A DNA stretch of 64,000 bases from Eledone cirrhosa (Eukaryota). Below the pieces are notes generated by a model, which made no database searches, was not told the origin of the DNA, and worked only from the letters and a program-made list of their open reading frames with translations. Of this stretch, positions 1 to 13,800 are shown one piece after another. Location: positions 2,232,001 to 2,296,000 of the forward strand of contig OZ024744.1 of assembly GCA_964016885.1 (NCBI GenBank), read 5' to 3'. Position 1 is the stretch's first letter; each line of letters starts with the position of its first letter. The position numbers and the translations under genes are program-made.

Positions 1-3000
1 ACCAAGCTATCTTTCTCTACCTTGTCTTACCTCAAAACGTCGTTCTTCACCAAGCTATCTTTCTCTACATTGTCTTCCCCAAAACATCGTTCTTCACCAA
101 GCTATCTTTCTCTACCTTGTCTTCCCCCAAAACTTCGTTCTTCACCAAGCTATCTTTCTCTACCTTGTCTTCCCCCAAAACTTCGTTCTTCACCAAGCTA
201 TCTTTCTCTACCTTGTCTTCCCTCAAAACGTCGTTATTCACCAAGCTATCTTTCTCTACCTTGTCTTCTCCCAAAACTTCGTTATTCACCAAGCTATCTT
301 TCTCTACCTTGTCTTCCCTCAAAACTTCGTTCTTCACCAAGCTATCTTTCTCTACCTTGTCTTCCCCCAAAACTTCGTTCTTCACCAAGCTATCTTTCTC
401 TACCTTGTCTTCCCCCAAAACTTCGTTCTTCACCAAGCTATCTTTCTCTACCTTGTCTTCCCCCAAAACTTCGTTCTTCACCAAGTCATCTTTCTCTACC
501 TTGTCATCCCTCTAAACTTCGTTCTTCACCAATCTATCTTTCTCTACCTTGTCTTCCCCCAAAACTACGTTCTTCACCAACCTATCTTTCTCTAGCTTGT
601 CTTCACACAAAACCTCGTTCTTCACCAAGCTATCTTTCTCTACCTTGTCTTCCCTCAGAACTTCGTTCTTCACCAAGCTATCTTTCTCTACCTTGTCTTC
701 CCCCAAAACTTCGTTCTTCACCAAGCTATCTTTCTCTACCTTGTCTTCCCCCAAAACTACGTTCTTCACCAAGCTATCTTTCTCTACCTTGTCCTCCCCC
801 AAAACTTCGTTCTTCACCAAGCTATCTTTCTCTACCTTGTCTTCCCTCAGAACTTCGTTCTTCACCAAGCTATCTTTCTCTACCTCGTCTTCCCCCAAAA
901 CTTCGTTCTTCACCAAGCTATCTTTCTCTACATTGTCTTCCCCAAAACTTCGTTCTTCACCAAGCTATCTTTCTCTACCTTGTCTTCCCCCAAAACTTCG
1001 TTCTTCACCAAGCTATCTTTCTCTACCTTGTCTTCCCCCAAAACTTCGTTCTTCACCAAGTCATCTTTCTCTACCTTGTCATCCCTCAAAACTTCGTTCT
1101 TCACCAATCTATCTTTCTCTACCTTGTCTTCCCCCAAAACTACGTTCTTCACCAAGCTATCTTTCTCTAGCTTGTCTTCACACAAAACCTCGTTCTTCAC
1201 CAAGCTATCTTTCTCTACCTTGTCTTCCCCCAAAACTTCGTTCTTCACCAAGCTATCTTTCTCTACCTTGTCTTCCCCCAAAACTTCGTTCTTCACCAAG
1301 TCATCTTTCTCTACCTTGTCATCCCTCAAAACTTCGTTCTTCACCAATCTATCTTTCTCTACCTTGTCTTCCCCCAAAACTACGTTCTTCACCAAGCTAT
1401 CTTTCTCTAGCTTGTCTTCACACAAAACCTCGTTCTTCACCAAGCTATCTTTCTCTACCTTGTCTTCCCCCAAAACTTCGTTCTTCACCAAGCTATCTTT
1501 CTCTACCTTGTCTTCCCCCAAAACTTCGTTCTTCACCAAGCTATCTTTCTCTACCTTGTCCTCCCACAAAACTTCGTTCTTCACCAAGCTATCTTTCTCT
1601 ACCTTGTCTTCCCACAAAACGTCGTTCTTCACCAAGCTATCTTTCTCTACCTTGTCTTCCCTCAAAACTTCGTTCTTCACCAAGCTATCTTTCTCTACCT
1701 TGTCTTCCCTCAAAACGTCGTTCTTCACCAAGCTATCTTTCTCTACCTTGTCTTCTCCCAAAACTTCGTTATTCACCAAGCTATCTTTCTCTACCTTGTC
1801 TTCCCTCAAAACTTCGTTCTTCACCAAGCTATCGTTCTCTAGCTTGTCTTCCCACAAAACGTCGTTCTTCACCAAGCTATCTTTCTCTACCTTGTCTTCC
1901 CTCAGAACTTCGTTCTTCAACAAGCTATCTTTCTCTACCTTGTCTTCCCCCAAAACTACGTTCTTCACCAAGCTATCTTTCTCTAGCTTGTCTTCACACA
2001 AAACCTCGTTCTTCACCAAGCTTTCTTTCTCTACCTTGTCTTCCCACAAAACGTCATTCTTCACCAAGCTATCTTTCTCTACCTTGTCTTCTCCCAAAAC
2101 TTCGTTCTTCACCAAGCTATCTTTCTCTACCTTGTCTTCCCTCAGAACTTCGTTCTTCACCAAGCTATCTTTCTCTACCTTGTCTTCCCTCAAAACTTCG
2201 TTCTTCACCAAGCTATCTTTCTCTACCTTGTCTTCCCTCAAAACGTCGTTCTTCACCAAGCTATCTTTCTCTACCTTGTCTTCTCCCAAAACTTCGTTAT
2301 TCACCAAGCTATCTTTCTCTACCTTGTCTTCCCCCAAAACTTCGTTCTTCACCAAGCTTTCTTTCTCTACACTGTCTTCCCCAAAACTTCGTTCTTCACC
2401 AAGCTATCTTTCTCTACCTTGTCTTCCCCCAAAATTTCGTTGTTCACCAAGCTATCTTTCTCTACCTTGTCTTCCCCCAAAACTTCGTTCTTCACCAAGC
2501 TATCTTTCTCTACCTTGTCTTCACCCAAAGCTTCGTTCTTCACCAAGCTATCTTTCTCTACCTTGTCTTCCCACAAAACGTCGTTCTTCACCAAGCTATC
2601 TTTCTCTACCTTGTTTTCCCTCAAAACTTCGTTCTTCACCAAGCTATCTTTCTCTACCTTATCTTCCCCCAAAACTTCTTTCTTCACCAAGCTATCTTTC
2701 TCTACCTTGTCTTCCCCCAAAACTTCGTTCTTCACCAAGCTATCTTTCTCTACCTTGTCTTCCCTCAAAACTTCGTTCTTCACCAAGCTATCTTTCTCGA
2801 CCTTGTCTTCTCCCAAAACTTCGTTATTCACCAAGCTATCTTTCTCTACCTTGTCTTCCCACAAAACTTCGTTCTTCACCAAGCTATCTTTCTCTACCTT
2901 GTCTTCCCTCAAAACGTCGTTCTTCACCAAGCTATCTTTCTCTACATTGTCTTCCCCAAAACATCGTTCTTCACCAAGCTATCTTTCTCTACCTTGTCTT

Positions 3001-4107
3001 CCCCCAAAACTTCGTTCTTCACCAAGCTATCTTTCTCTACCTTGTCTTCCCCCAAAACTTCGTTCTTCACCAAGCTATCTTTCTCTACCTTGTCTTCCCT
3101 CAAAACGTCGTTATTCACCAAGCTATCTTTCTCTACCTTGTCTTCTCCCAAAACTTCGTTATTCACCAAGCTATCTTTCTCTACCTTGTCTTCCCTCAAA
3201 ACTTCGTTCTTCACCAAGCTATCTTTCTCTACCTTGTCTTCCCCCAAAACTTCGTTCTTCACCAAGCTATCTTTCTCTACCTTGTCTTCCCCCAAAACTT
3301 CGTTCTTCACCAAGCTATCTTTCTCTACCTTGTCTTCCCCCAAAACTTCGTTCTTCACCAAGTCATCTTTCTCTACCTTGTCATCCCTCTAAACTTCGTT
3401 CTTCACCAATCTATCTTTCTCTACCTTGTCTTCCCCCAAAACTACGTTCTTCACCAACCTATCTTTCTCTAGCTTGTCTTCACACAAAACCTCGTTCTTC
3501 ACCAAGCTATCTTTCTCTACCTTGTCTTCCCTCAGAACTTCGTTCTTCACCAAGCTATCTTTCTCTACCTTGTCTTCCCCCAAAACTTCGTTCTTCACCA
3601 AGCTATCTTTCTCTACCTTGTCTTCCCCCAAAACTACGTTCTTCACCAAGCTATCTTTCTCTACCTTGTCCTCCCCCAAAACTTCGTTCTTCACCAAGCT
3701 ATCTTTCTCTACCTTGTCTTCCCTCAGAACTTCGTTCTTCACCAAGCTATCTTTCTCTACCTCGTCTTCCCCCAAAACTTCGTTCTTCACCAAGCTATCT
3801 TTCTCTACATTGTCTTCCCCAAAACTTCGTTCTTCACCAAGCTATCTTTCTCTACCTTGTCTTCCCCCAAAACTTCGTTCTTCACCAAGCTATCTTTCTC
3901 TACCTTGTCTTCCCCCAAAACTTCGTTCTTCACCAAGTCATCTTTCTCTACCTTGTCATCCCTCAAAACTTCGTTCTTCACCAATCTATCTTTCTCTACC
4001 TTGTCTTCCCCCAAAACTACGTTCTTCACCAAGCTATCTTTCTCTAGCTTGTCTTCACACAAAACCTCGTTCTTCACCAAGCTATCTTTCTCTACCTTGT
4101 CTTCCCA
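1..4107. repeat. Block 1-~1230 duplicated at ~2878-4107 (offset 2877 bp = 60 monomers minus 3 bp)
   Basis: Identical ORFs at 65..484 / 2942..3361 and 512..916 / 3389..3793. The private variant TCATCCCTCTAAAC occurs at about 504 and about 3381. Confidence 0.85.
961..1540. repeat. Exact 240-bp (5-monomer) tandem duplication
   Basis: Sequence lines 961/1021/1081/1141 are identical to lines 1201/1261/1321/1381, and the identity continues to about 1540. Confidence 0.9.
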
Positions 4108-7100
4108 CAAAACGTCATTCTTCACCAAGCTATCTTTCTCTACCTTGTCTTCTCCCAAAACTTCGTTCTTCACCAAGCTATCTTTCTCTACCTTGTCTTC
4201 CCTCAGAACTTCGTTCTTCACCAAGCTATCTTTCTCTACCTTGTCCTCCCCCAAAACTTCGTTGTTCACCAAGCTATCTTTCTCTACCTTGTCTTCCCCC
4301 AAAACTTCGTTCTTCGCAAGCTATCTTTCTCTACCTTGTTTTCCCCCAAAACTTCGTTGTTCACCAAGCTATCTTTCCCTACCTTGTCTTCCCCCAAAAC
4401 TTCGTTCTTCACCAAGCTATCTTTCTCTACCTTGTCTTCCCCCAAAACTTCGTTCTTCACCAAGCTATCTTTCTCTACCTTGTCCTCCCACAAAACTTCG
4501 TTCTTCACCAAGCTATCTTTCTCTACCTTGTCTTCCCACAAAACGTCGTTCTTCACCAAGCTATCTTTCTCTACCTTGTCTTCCCTCAAAACTTCGTTCT
4601 TCACCAAGCTATCTTTCTCTACCTTGTCTTCCCTCAAAACGTCGTTCTTCACCAAGCTATCTTTCTCTACCTTGTCTTCTCCCAAAACTTCGTTATTCAC
4701 CAAGCTATCTTTCTCTACCTTGTCTTCCCTCAAAACTTCGTTCTTCACCAAGCTATCTTTCTCTACCTTGTCTTCCCCCAAAACTTCGTTCTTCACCAAG
4801 CTTTCTTTCTCTACACTGTCTTCCCCAAAACTTCGTTCTTCACCAAGCTATCTTTCTCTACCTTGTGTTCCCCCAAAACTTCGTTGTTCACCAAGCTATC
4901 TTTCACTACCTTGTCTTCCCCCAAAACTTCGTTCTTCACCAAGCTATCTTTCTCTACCTTGTCTTCCCCCAAAACTTCGTTCTTCACCAAGCTATCTTTC
5001 TCTACCTTGTCTTCCCACAAAACTTCGTTCTTCACCAAGCTATCTTTCTCTACCTTGTCTTCCCACAAAACGTCGTTCTTCACCAAGCTATCTTTCTCTA
5101 CCTTGTCTTCCCTCAAAACTTCGTTCTTCACCAAGCTATCTTTCTCTACCTTATCTTCCCCCAAAACTTCGTTCTTCACCAAGCTATCTTTCTCTACCTT
5201 GTCTTCCCCCAAAACTTCGTTCTTCACCAAGCTATCTTTCTCTACCTTGTCTTCCCTCAGAACTTCGTTCTTCACCAAGCTATCTTTCTCTACCTTGTCC
5301 TCCCCCAAAACTTCGTTCTTCACCAAGCTATCTTTCTCTACCTTGTCTTCCCCCAAAACTTCGTTCTTCGCAAGCTATCTTTCTCTACCTTGTCCTCCCA
5401 CAAAACTTCGTTCTTCACCAAGCTATCTTTCTCTACCTTGTCTTCCCACAAAACGTCGTTCTTCACCAAGCTATCTTTCTCTACCTTGTCTTCCCTCAAA
5501 ACTTCGTTCTTCACCAAGCTATCTTTCTCTACCTTGTCTTCCCTCAAAACGTCGTTCTTCACCAAGCTATCTTTCTCTACCTTGTCTTCTCCCAAAACTT
5601 CGTTATTCACCAAGCTATCTTTCTCTACCTTGTCTTCCCTCAAAACTTCGTTCTTCACCAAGCTATCTTTCTCTACCTTGTCTTCCCCCAAAACTTCGTT
5701 CTTCACCAAGCTTTCTTTCTCTACACTGTCTTCCCCAAAACTTCGTTCTTCACCAAGCTATCTTTCTCTACCTTGTCTTCCCCCAAAACTTCGTTGTTCA
5801 CCAAGCTATCTTTCACTACCTTGTCTTCCCCAAAACTTCGTTCTTCACCAAGCTATCTTTCTCTACCTTGTCTTCCCCCAAAACTTCGTTCTTCACCAAG
5901 CTATCTTTCTCTACCTTGTCTTCCCACAAAACTTCGTTCTTCACCAAGCTATCTTTCTCTACCTTGTCTTCCCACAAAACGTCGTTCTTCACCAAGCTAT
6001 CTTTCTCTACCTTGTCTTCCCTCAAAACTTCGTTCTTCACCAAGCTATCTTTCTCTACCTTATCTTCCCCCAAAACTTCGTTCTTCACCAAGCTATCTTT
6101 CTCTACCTTGTCTTCCCCCAAAACTTCATTCTTCACCAAGCTATCTTTCTCTACCTTGTCTTCCCCGAAAACTTCGTTCTTCACCAAGCTATCTTTCTCT
6201 ACCTTGTCTTCCCCCAAAACTTCGTTCTTCACCAAGCTATCTTTCTCTACCTTGTCTTCCCCCAAAACTTCGTTCTTCACCAAGCTATCTTTCTCTACCT
6301 TGTCTTCCCACAAAACGTCGTTCTTCACCAAGCCATCTTTCTCTATTTTGTCTTCCCTCAAAACGTCGTTCTTCACCAAGCTATCTTTCTCTACCTTGTC
6401 TTCCCTCAAAATTTCGTTCTTCACCAAGCTATCTTTCTCGACCTTGTCTTCTCCCAAAACTTCGTTATTCACCAAGCTATCTTTCTCTACCTTGTCTTCT
6501 CCCAAAACTTCGTTATTCACCAAGCTATCTTTCTCTACCTTGTCTTCCCTCAAAACTTCGTTCTTCACCAAGCTATCTTTCTCTACCTTGTCTTCCCCCA
6601 AAACTTCGTTCTTCACCAAGCTATCTTTCTCTACCTTGTCTTCCCCCAAAACTTCGTTCTTCACCAAGCTATCTTTCTCTACCTTGTCTTCCCCCAAAAC
6701 TTCGTTCTTCACCAAGTCATCTTTCTCTACCTTGTCATCCCTCAAAACTTCGTTCTTCACCAATCTATCTTTCTCTACCTTGTCTTCCCCCAAAACTACG
6801 TTCTTCACCAAGCTATCTTTCACTACCTTGTCTTCCCCAAAACTTCGTTCTTCACCAAGCTATCTTTCTCTACCTTGTCTTCCCCCAAAACTTCGTTCTT
6901 CACCAAGCTATCTTTCTCTACCTTGTCTTCCCACAAAACTTCGTTCTTCACCAAGCTATCTTTCTCTACCTTGTCTTCCCCCAAAACTTCATTCTTCACC
7001 AAGCTATCTTTCTCTACCTTGTCTTCCCCGAAAACTTCGTTCTTCACCAAGCTATCTTTCTCTACCTTGTCTTCCCCCAAAACTACGTTCTTCACCAAGC

Positions 7101-10100
7101 TATCTTTCTCTACCTTGTCCTCCCCCAAAACTTCGTTCTTCACCAAGCTATCTTTCTCTACCTTGTCTTCCCTCAGAACTTCGTTCTTCACCAAGCTATC
7201 TTTCTCTACCTCGTCTTCCCCCAAAACTTCGTTCTTCACCAAGCTATCTTTCTCTACATTGTCTTCCCCAAAACTTCGTTCTTCACCAAGCTATCTTTCT
7301 CTACCTTGTCTTCCCCCAAAACTTCGTTCTTCACCAAGCTATCTTTCTCTACCTTGTCTTCCCCCAAAACTTCGTTCTTCACCAAGTCATCTTTCTCTAC
7401 CTTGTCATCCCTCAAAACTTCGTTCTTCACCAATCTATCTTTCTCTACCTTGTCTTCCCCCAAAACTACGTTCTTCACCAAGCTATCTTTCTCTAGCTTG
7501 TCTTCACACAAAACCTCGTTCTTCACCAAGCTATCTTTCTCTACCTTGTCTTCCCACAAAACGTCATTCTTCACCAAGCTATCTTTCTCTACCTTGTCTT
7601 CTCCCAAAACTTCGTTCTTCACCAAGCTATCTTTCTCTACCTTGTCTTCCCTCAGAACTTCGTTCTTCACCAAGCTATCTTTCTCTACCTTGTCCTCCCC
7701 CAAAACTTCGTTGTTCACCAAGCTATCTTTCTCTACCTTGTCTTCCCCCAAAACTTCGTTCTTCGCAAGCTATCTTTCTCTACCTTGTTTTCCCCCAAAA
7801 CTTCGTTGTTCACCAAGCTATCTTTCCCTACCTTGTCTTCCCCCAAAACTTCGTTCTTCACCAAGCTATCTTTCTCTACCTTGTCCTCCCACAAAACTTC
7901 GTTCTTCACCAAGCTATCTTTCTCTACCTTGTCTTCCCACAAAACTTCGTTCTTCACCAAGCTATCTTTCTCTACCTTGTCTTCCCTCAAAACTTCGTTC
8001 TTCACCAAGCTATCTTTCTCTACCTTGTCTTCCCTCAAAACGTCGTTCTTCACCAAGCTATCTTTCTCTACCTTGTCTTCTCCCAAAACTTCGTTATTCA
8101 CCAAGCTATCTTTCTCTACCTTGTCTTCCCTCAAAACTTCGTTCTTCACCAAGCTATCTTTCTCTACCTTGTCTTCCCCCAAAACTTCGTTCTTCACCAA
8201 GCGTTCTTTCTCTACACTGTCTTCCCCAAAACTTCGTTCTTCACCAAGCTATCTTTCTCTACCTTGTGTTCCCCCAAAACTTCGTTGTTCACCAAGCTAT
8301 CTTTCACTACCTTGTCTTCCCCCAAAACTTCGTTCTTCACCAAGCTATCTTTCTCTACCTTGTCTTCCCCCAAAACTTCGTTCTTCACCAAGCTATCTTT
8401 CTCTACCTTGTCTTCCCACAAAACTTCGTTCTTCACCAAGCTATCTTTCTCTACCTTGTCTTCCCACAAAACGTCGTTCTTCACCAAGCTATCTTTCTCT
8501 ACCTTGTCTTCCCTCAAAACTTCGTTCTTCACCAAGCTATCTTTCTCTACCTTATCTTCCCCCAAAACTTCGTTCTTCACCAAGCTATCTTTCTCTACCT
8601 TGTCTTCCCCCAAAACTTCGTTCTTCACCAAGCTATCTTTCTCTACCTTGTCTTCCCTCAGAACTTCGTTCTTCACCAAGCTATCTTTCTCTACCTTGTC
8701 CTCCCCCAAAACTTCGTTCTTCACCAAGCTATCTTTCTCTACCTTGTCTTCCCCCAAAACTTCGTTCTTCGCAAGCTATCTTTCTCTACCTTGTCCTCCC
8801 ACAAAACTTCGTTCTTCACCAAGCTATCTTTCTCTACCTTGTCTTCCCACAAAACGTCGTTCTTCACCAAGCTATCTTTCTCTACCTTGTCTTCCCTCAA
8901 AACTTCGTTCTTCACCAAGCTATCTTTCTCTACCTTGTCTTCCCTCAAAACGTCGTTCTTCACCAAGCTATCTTTCTCTACCTTGTCTTCTCCCAAAACT
9001 TCGTTATTCACCAAGCTATCTTTCTCTACCTTGTCTTCCCTCAAAACTTCGTTCTTCACCAAGCAATCTTTCTCTACCTTGTCTTCCCCCAAAACTTCGT
9101 TCTTCACCAAGCTTTCTTTCTCTACACTGTCTTCCCCAAAACTTCGTTCTTCACCAAGCTATCTTTCTCTACCTTGTCTTCCCCCAAAACTTCGTTGTTC
9201 ACCAAGCTATCTTTCACTACCTTGTCTTCCCCAAAACTTCGTTCTTCACCAAGCTATCTTTCTCTACCTTGTCTTCCCCCAAAACTTCGTTCTTCACCAA
9301 GCTATCTTTCTCTACCTTGTCTTCCCACAAAACTTCGTTCTTCACCAAGCTATCTTTCTCTACCTTGTCTTCCCACAAAACGTCGTTCTTCACCAAGCTA
9401 TCTTTCTCTACCTTGTCTTCCCTCAAAACTTCGTTCTTCACCAAGCTATCTTTCTCTACCTTATCTTCCCCCAAAACTTCGTTCTTCACCAAGCTATCTT
9501 TCTCTACCTTGTCTTCCCCCAAAACTTCATTCTTCACCAAGCTATCTTTCTCTACCTTGTCTTCCCCGAAAACTTCGTTCTTCACCAAGCTATCTTTCTC
9601 TACCTTGTCTTCCCCCAAAACTTCGTTCTTCACCAAGCTATCTTTCTCTACCTTGTCTTCCCCCAAAACTTCGTTCTTCACCAAGCTATCTTTCTCTACC
9701 TTGTCTTCCCACAAAACGTCGTTCTTCACCAAGCCATCTTTCTCTATTTTGTCTTCCCTCAAAACGTCGTTCTTCACCAAGCTATCTTTCTCTACCTTGT
9801 CTTCCCTCAAAATTTCGTTCTTCACCAAGCTATCTTTCTCGACCTTGTCTTCTCCCAAAACTTCGTTATTCACCAAGCTATCTTTCTCTACCTTGTCTTC
9901 TCCCAAAACTTCGTTATTCACCAAGCTATCTTTCTCTACCTTGTCTTCCCTCAAAACTTCGTTCTTCACCAATCTATCTTTCTCTACCTTGTCTTCCCCC
10001 AAAACTACGTTCTTCACCAAGCTATCTTTCTCTACCTTATCTTCCCCCAAAACTTCGTTCTTCACCAAGCTATCTTTCTCTACCTTGTCTTCCCCCAAAA

Positions 10101-10850
10101 CTTCATTCTTCACCAAGCTATCTTTCTCTACCTTGTCTTCCCCGAAAACTTCGTTCTTCACCAAGCTATCTTTCTCTACCTTGTCTTCCCCCAAAACTTC
10201 GTTCTTCACCAAGCTATCTTTCTCTACCTTGTCTTCCCCCAAAACTTCGTTCTTCACCAAGCTATCTTTCTCTACCTTGTCTTCCCACAAAACGTCGTTC
10301 TTCACCAAGCCATCTTTCTCTATTTTGTCTTCCCTCAAAACGTCGTTCTTCACCAAGCTATCTTTCTCTACCTTGTCTTCCCTCAAAATTTCGTTCTTCA
10401 CCAAGCTATCTTTCTCGACCTTGTCTTCTCCCAAAACTTCGTTATTCACCAAGCTATCTTTCTCTACCTTGTCTTCTCCCAAAACTTCGTTATTCACCAA
10501 GCTATCTTTCTCTACCTTGTCTTCCCTCAAAACTTCGTTCTTCACCAAGCTATCTTTCTCTACCTTGTCTTCCCCCAAAACTTCGTTCTTCACCAAGCTA
10601 TCTTTCTCTACCTTGTCTTCCCCCAAAACTTCGTTCTTCACCAAGCTATCTTTCTCTACCTTGTCTTCCCCCAAAACTTCGTTCTTCACCAAGTCATCTT
10701 TCTCTACCTTGTCATCCCTCAAAACTTCGTTCTTCACCAATCTATCTTTCTCTACCTTGTCTTCCCCCAAAACTACGTTCTTCACCAAGCTATCTTTCAC
10801 TACCTTGTCTTCCCCAAAACTTCGTTCTTCACCAAGCTATCTTTCTCTAC
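3600..10850. repeat. ~3.4-kb tandem duplication (offset 3449, then 3401 after loss of one monomer), with a later 576-bp (12-monomer) internal gain in the second copy
   Basis: ORF pairs 3805/7254, 4811/8212, 5338/8739 and 5816/9217. The minus ORF is 335 aa in the first copy and 527 aa in the second (192 aa = 12 monomers more). Confidence 0.8.
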
Positions 10851-13800
10851 CTTGTCTTCCCCCAAAACTTCGTTCTTCACCAAGCTATCTTTCTCTACCT
10901 TGTCTTCCCACAAAACTTCGTTCTTCACCAAGCTATCTTTCTCTACCTTGTCTTCCCACAAAACGTCGTTCTTCACCAAGCTATCTTTCTCTACCTTGTC
11001 TTCCCTCAAAACTTCGTTCTTCACCAAGCTATCTTTCTCTACCTTATCTTCCCCCAAAACTTCGTTCTTCACCAAGCTATCTTTCTCTACCTTGTCTTCC
11101 CCCAAAACTTCATTCTTCACCAAGCTATCTTTCTCTACCTTGTCTTCCCCGAAAACTTCGTTCTTCACCAAGCTATCTTTCTCTACCTTGTCTTCCCCCA
11201 AAACTTCGTTCTTCACCAAGCTATCTTTCTCTATCTTGTCTTCCCCCAAAACTTCGTTCTTCACCAAGCTATCTTTCTCTACCTTGTCTTCCCACAAAAC
11301 GTCGTTCTTCACCAAGCCATCTTTCTCTATTTTGTCTTCCCTCAAAACGTCGTTCTTCACCAAGCTATCTTTCTCTACCTTGTCTTCCCTCAAAATTTCG
11401 TTCTTCACCAAGCTATCTTTCTCGACCTTGTCTTCTCCCAAAACTTCGTTATTCACCAAGCTATCTTTCTCTACCTTGTCTTCTCCCAAAACTTCGTTAT
11501 TCACCAAGCTATCTTTCTCTACCTTGTCTTCCCTCAAAACTTCGTTCTTCACCAAGCTATCTTTCTCTACCTTGTCTTCCCCCAAAACTTCGTTCTTCAC
11601 CAAGCTATCTTTCTCTACCTTGTCTTCCCCCAAAACTTCGTTCTTCACCAAGCTATCTTTCTCTACCTTGTCTTCCCCCAAAACTTCGTTCTTCACCAAG
11701 TCATCTTTCTCTACCTTGTCATCCCTCAAAACTTCGTTCTTCACCAATCTATCTTTCTCTACCTTGTCTTCCCCCAAAACTACGTTCTTCACCAAGCTAT
11801 CTTTCTCTAGCTTGTCTTCACACAAAACATCGTTCTTCACCAAGCTATCTTTCTCTACCTTGTCTTCCCACAAAACGTCATTCTTCACCAAGCTATCTTT
11901 CTCTACCTTGTCTTCTCCCAAAACTTCGTTCTTCACCAGGCTATCTTTCTCTACCTTGTCTTCCCTCAGAACTTCGTTCTTCACCAAGCTATCTTTCTCT
12001 ACCTTGTCCTCCCCCAAAACTTCGTTCTTCACCAAGCTATCTTTCTCTACCTTGTCTTCCCCCAAAACTTCGTTCTTCGCAAGCTATCTTTCTCTACCTT
12101 GTCTTCCGTCAAAACTTCGTTCTTCACCAAGATATCTTTCTCTACCTTGTCTTCCCACAAAACGTCGTTCTTCACCAAGCTATCTTTCTCTACCTTGTCT
12201 TCCCTCAGAACTTCGTTCTTCACCAAGCTATCTTTCTCTACCTTGTCTTCCCCAAAAACTTCGTTCTTCACCAAGCTATCTTTCTCTACATTGTCTTCCC
12301 CAAAACGTCGTTCTTCACCAAGCTATCTTTCTCTACCTTGTCTTCCCTCAAAACTTCGTTCTTCACCAAGCTATCTTTCTCTACCTTGTCTTCCCCCAAA
12401 ACTTCGTTCTTCACCAAGCTTTCTTTCTCTACACTGTCTTCCCCAAACTTTCGTTCTTCACCAAGCTATCTTTCTCTACCTTGTCTTCCCCCAAACCTTC
12501 GTTCTTCACCAAGCTATCTTTCTCTACCTTGTCTTCCCCCAAACCTTCGTTCTTCACCAAGCTATCTTTCTCTACCTTGTCTTCCCCCAAAACTTCGTTC
12601 TTCACCAAGCTATCTTTCTCTACCTTGTCTTCTCCCAAAACTTCGTTCTTCACCAAGCTATCTTTCTCTACCTTGTCTTCCCTCAAAACTTCGTTCTTCA
12701 CCAAGCTATCTTTCTCTACCTTATCTTCCCCCAAAACTTCGTTCTTCACCAAGCTATCTTTCTCTACCTTGTCTTCCCCCAAAACTTCGTTCTTCACCAA
12801 GCTATCTTTCTCTACCTTGTCTTCCCTCAAAACTTCGTTCTTCACCAAGCTATCTTTCTCGACCTTGTCTTCTCCCAAAACTTCGTTATTCACCAAGCTA
12901 TCTTTCTCTACCTTGTCTTCCCACAAAACTTCGTTCTTCACCAAGCTATCTTTCTCTACCTTGTCTTCCCTCAAAACGTCGTTCTTCACCAAGCTATCTT
13001 TCTCTACCTTGTCTTCCCCCAAAACTTCGTTCTTCACCAAGCTATCTTTCTCTACCTTGTCTTCCCCCAAAACTTCGTTCTTCACCAAGCTATCTTTCTC
13101 TACCTTGTCTTCCCACAAAACGTCGTTCTTCACCAAGCTATCTTTCTCTATTTTGTCTTCCCTCAAAACGTCGTTCTTCACCAAGCTATCTTTCTCTACC
13201 TTGTCTTCCCTCAAAATTTCGTTCTTCACCAAGCTATCTTTCTCGACCTTGTCTTCTCCCAAAACTTCGTTATTCACCAAGATATCTTTCTCTACCTTGT
13301 CTTCTCCCAAAACTTCGTTATTCACCAAGCTATCTTTCTCTACCTTGTCTTCCCTCAAAACTTCGTTCTTCACCAAGCTATCTTTCTCTACCTTGTCTTC
13401 CCCCAAAACTTCGTTCTTCACCAAGCTATCTTTCTCTACCTTGTCTTCCCCCAAAACTTCGTTCTTCACCAAGCTATCTTTCTCTACCTTGTCTTCCCCC
13501 AAAACTTCGTTCTTCACCAAGTCATCTTTCTCTACCTTGTCATCCCTCAAAACTTCGTTCTTCACCAATCTATCTTTCTCTACCTTGTCTTCCCCCAAAA
13601 CTACGTTCTTCACCAAGCTATCTTTCTCTAGCTTGTCTTCACACAAAACCTCGTTCTTCACCAAGCTATCTTTCTCTACCTTGTCTTCCCACAAAACGTC
13701 ATTCTTCACCAAGCTATCTTTCTCTACCTTGTCTTCTCCCAAAACTTCGTTCTTCACCAAGCTATCTTTCTCTACCTTGTCTTCCCTCAGAACTTCGTTC

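Noticed and set aside
38-54. CENP-B box-like CTTCGTT motif in each monomer
   Set aside because: Only the 5' TTCG part matches. The conserved A and CGGG needed for binding are absent.
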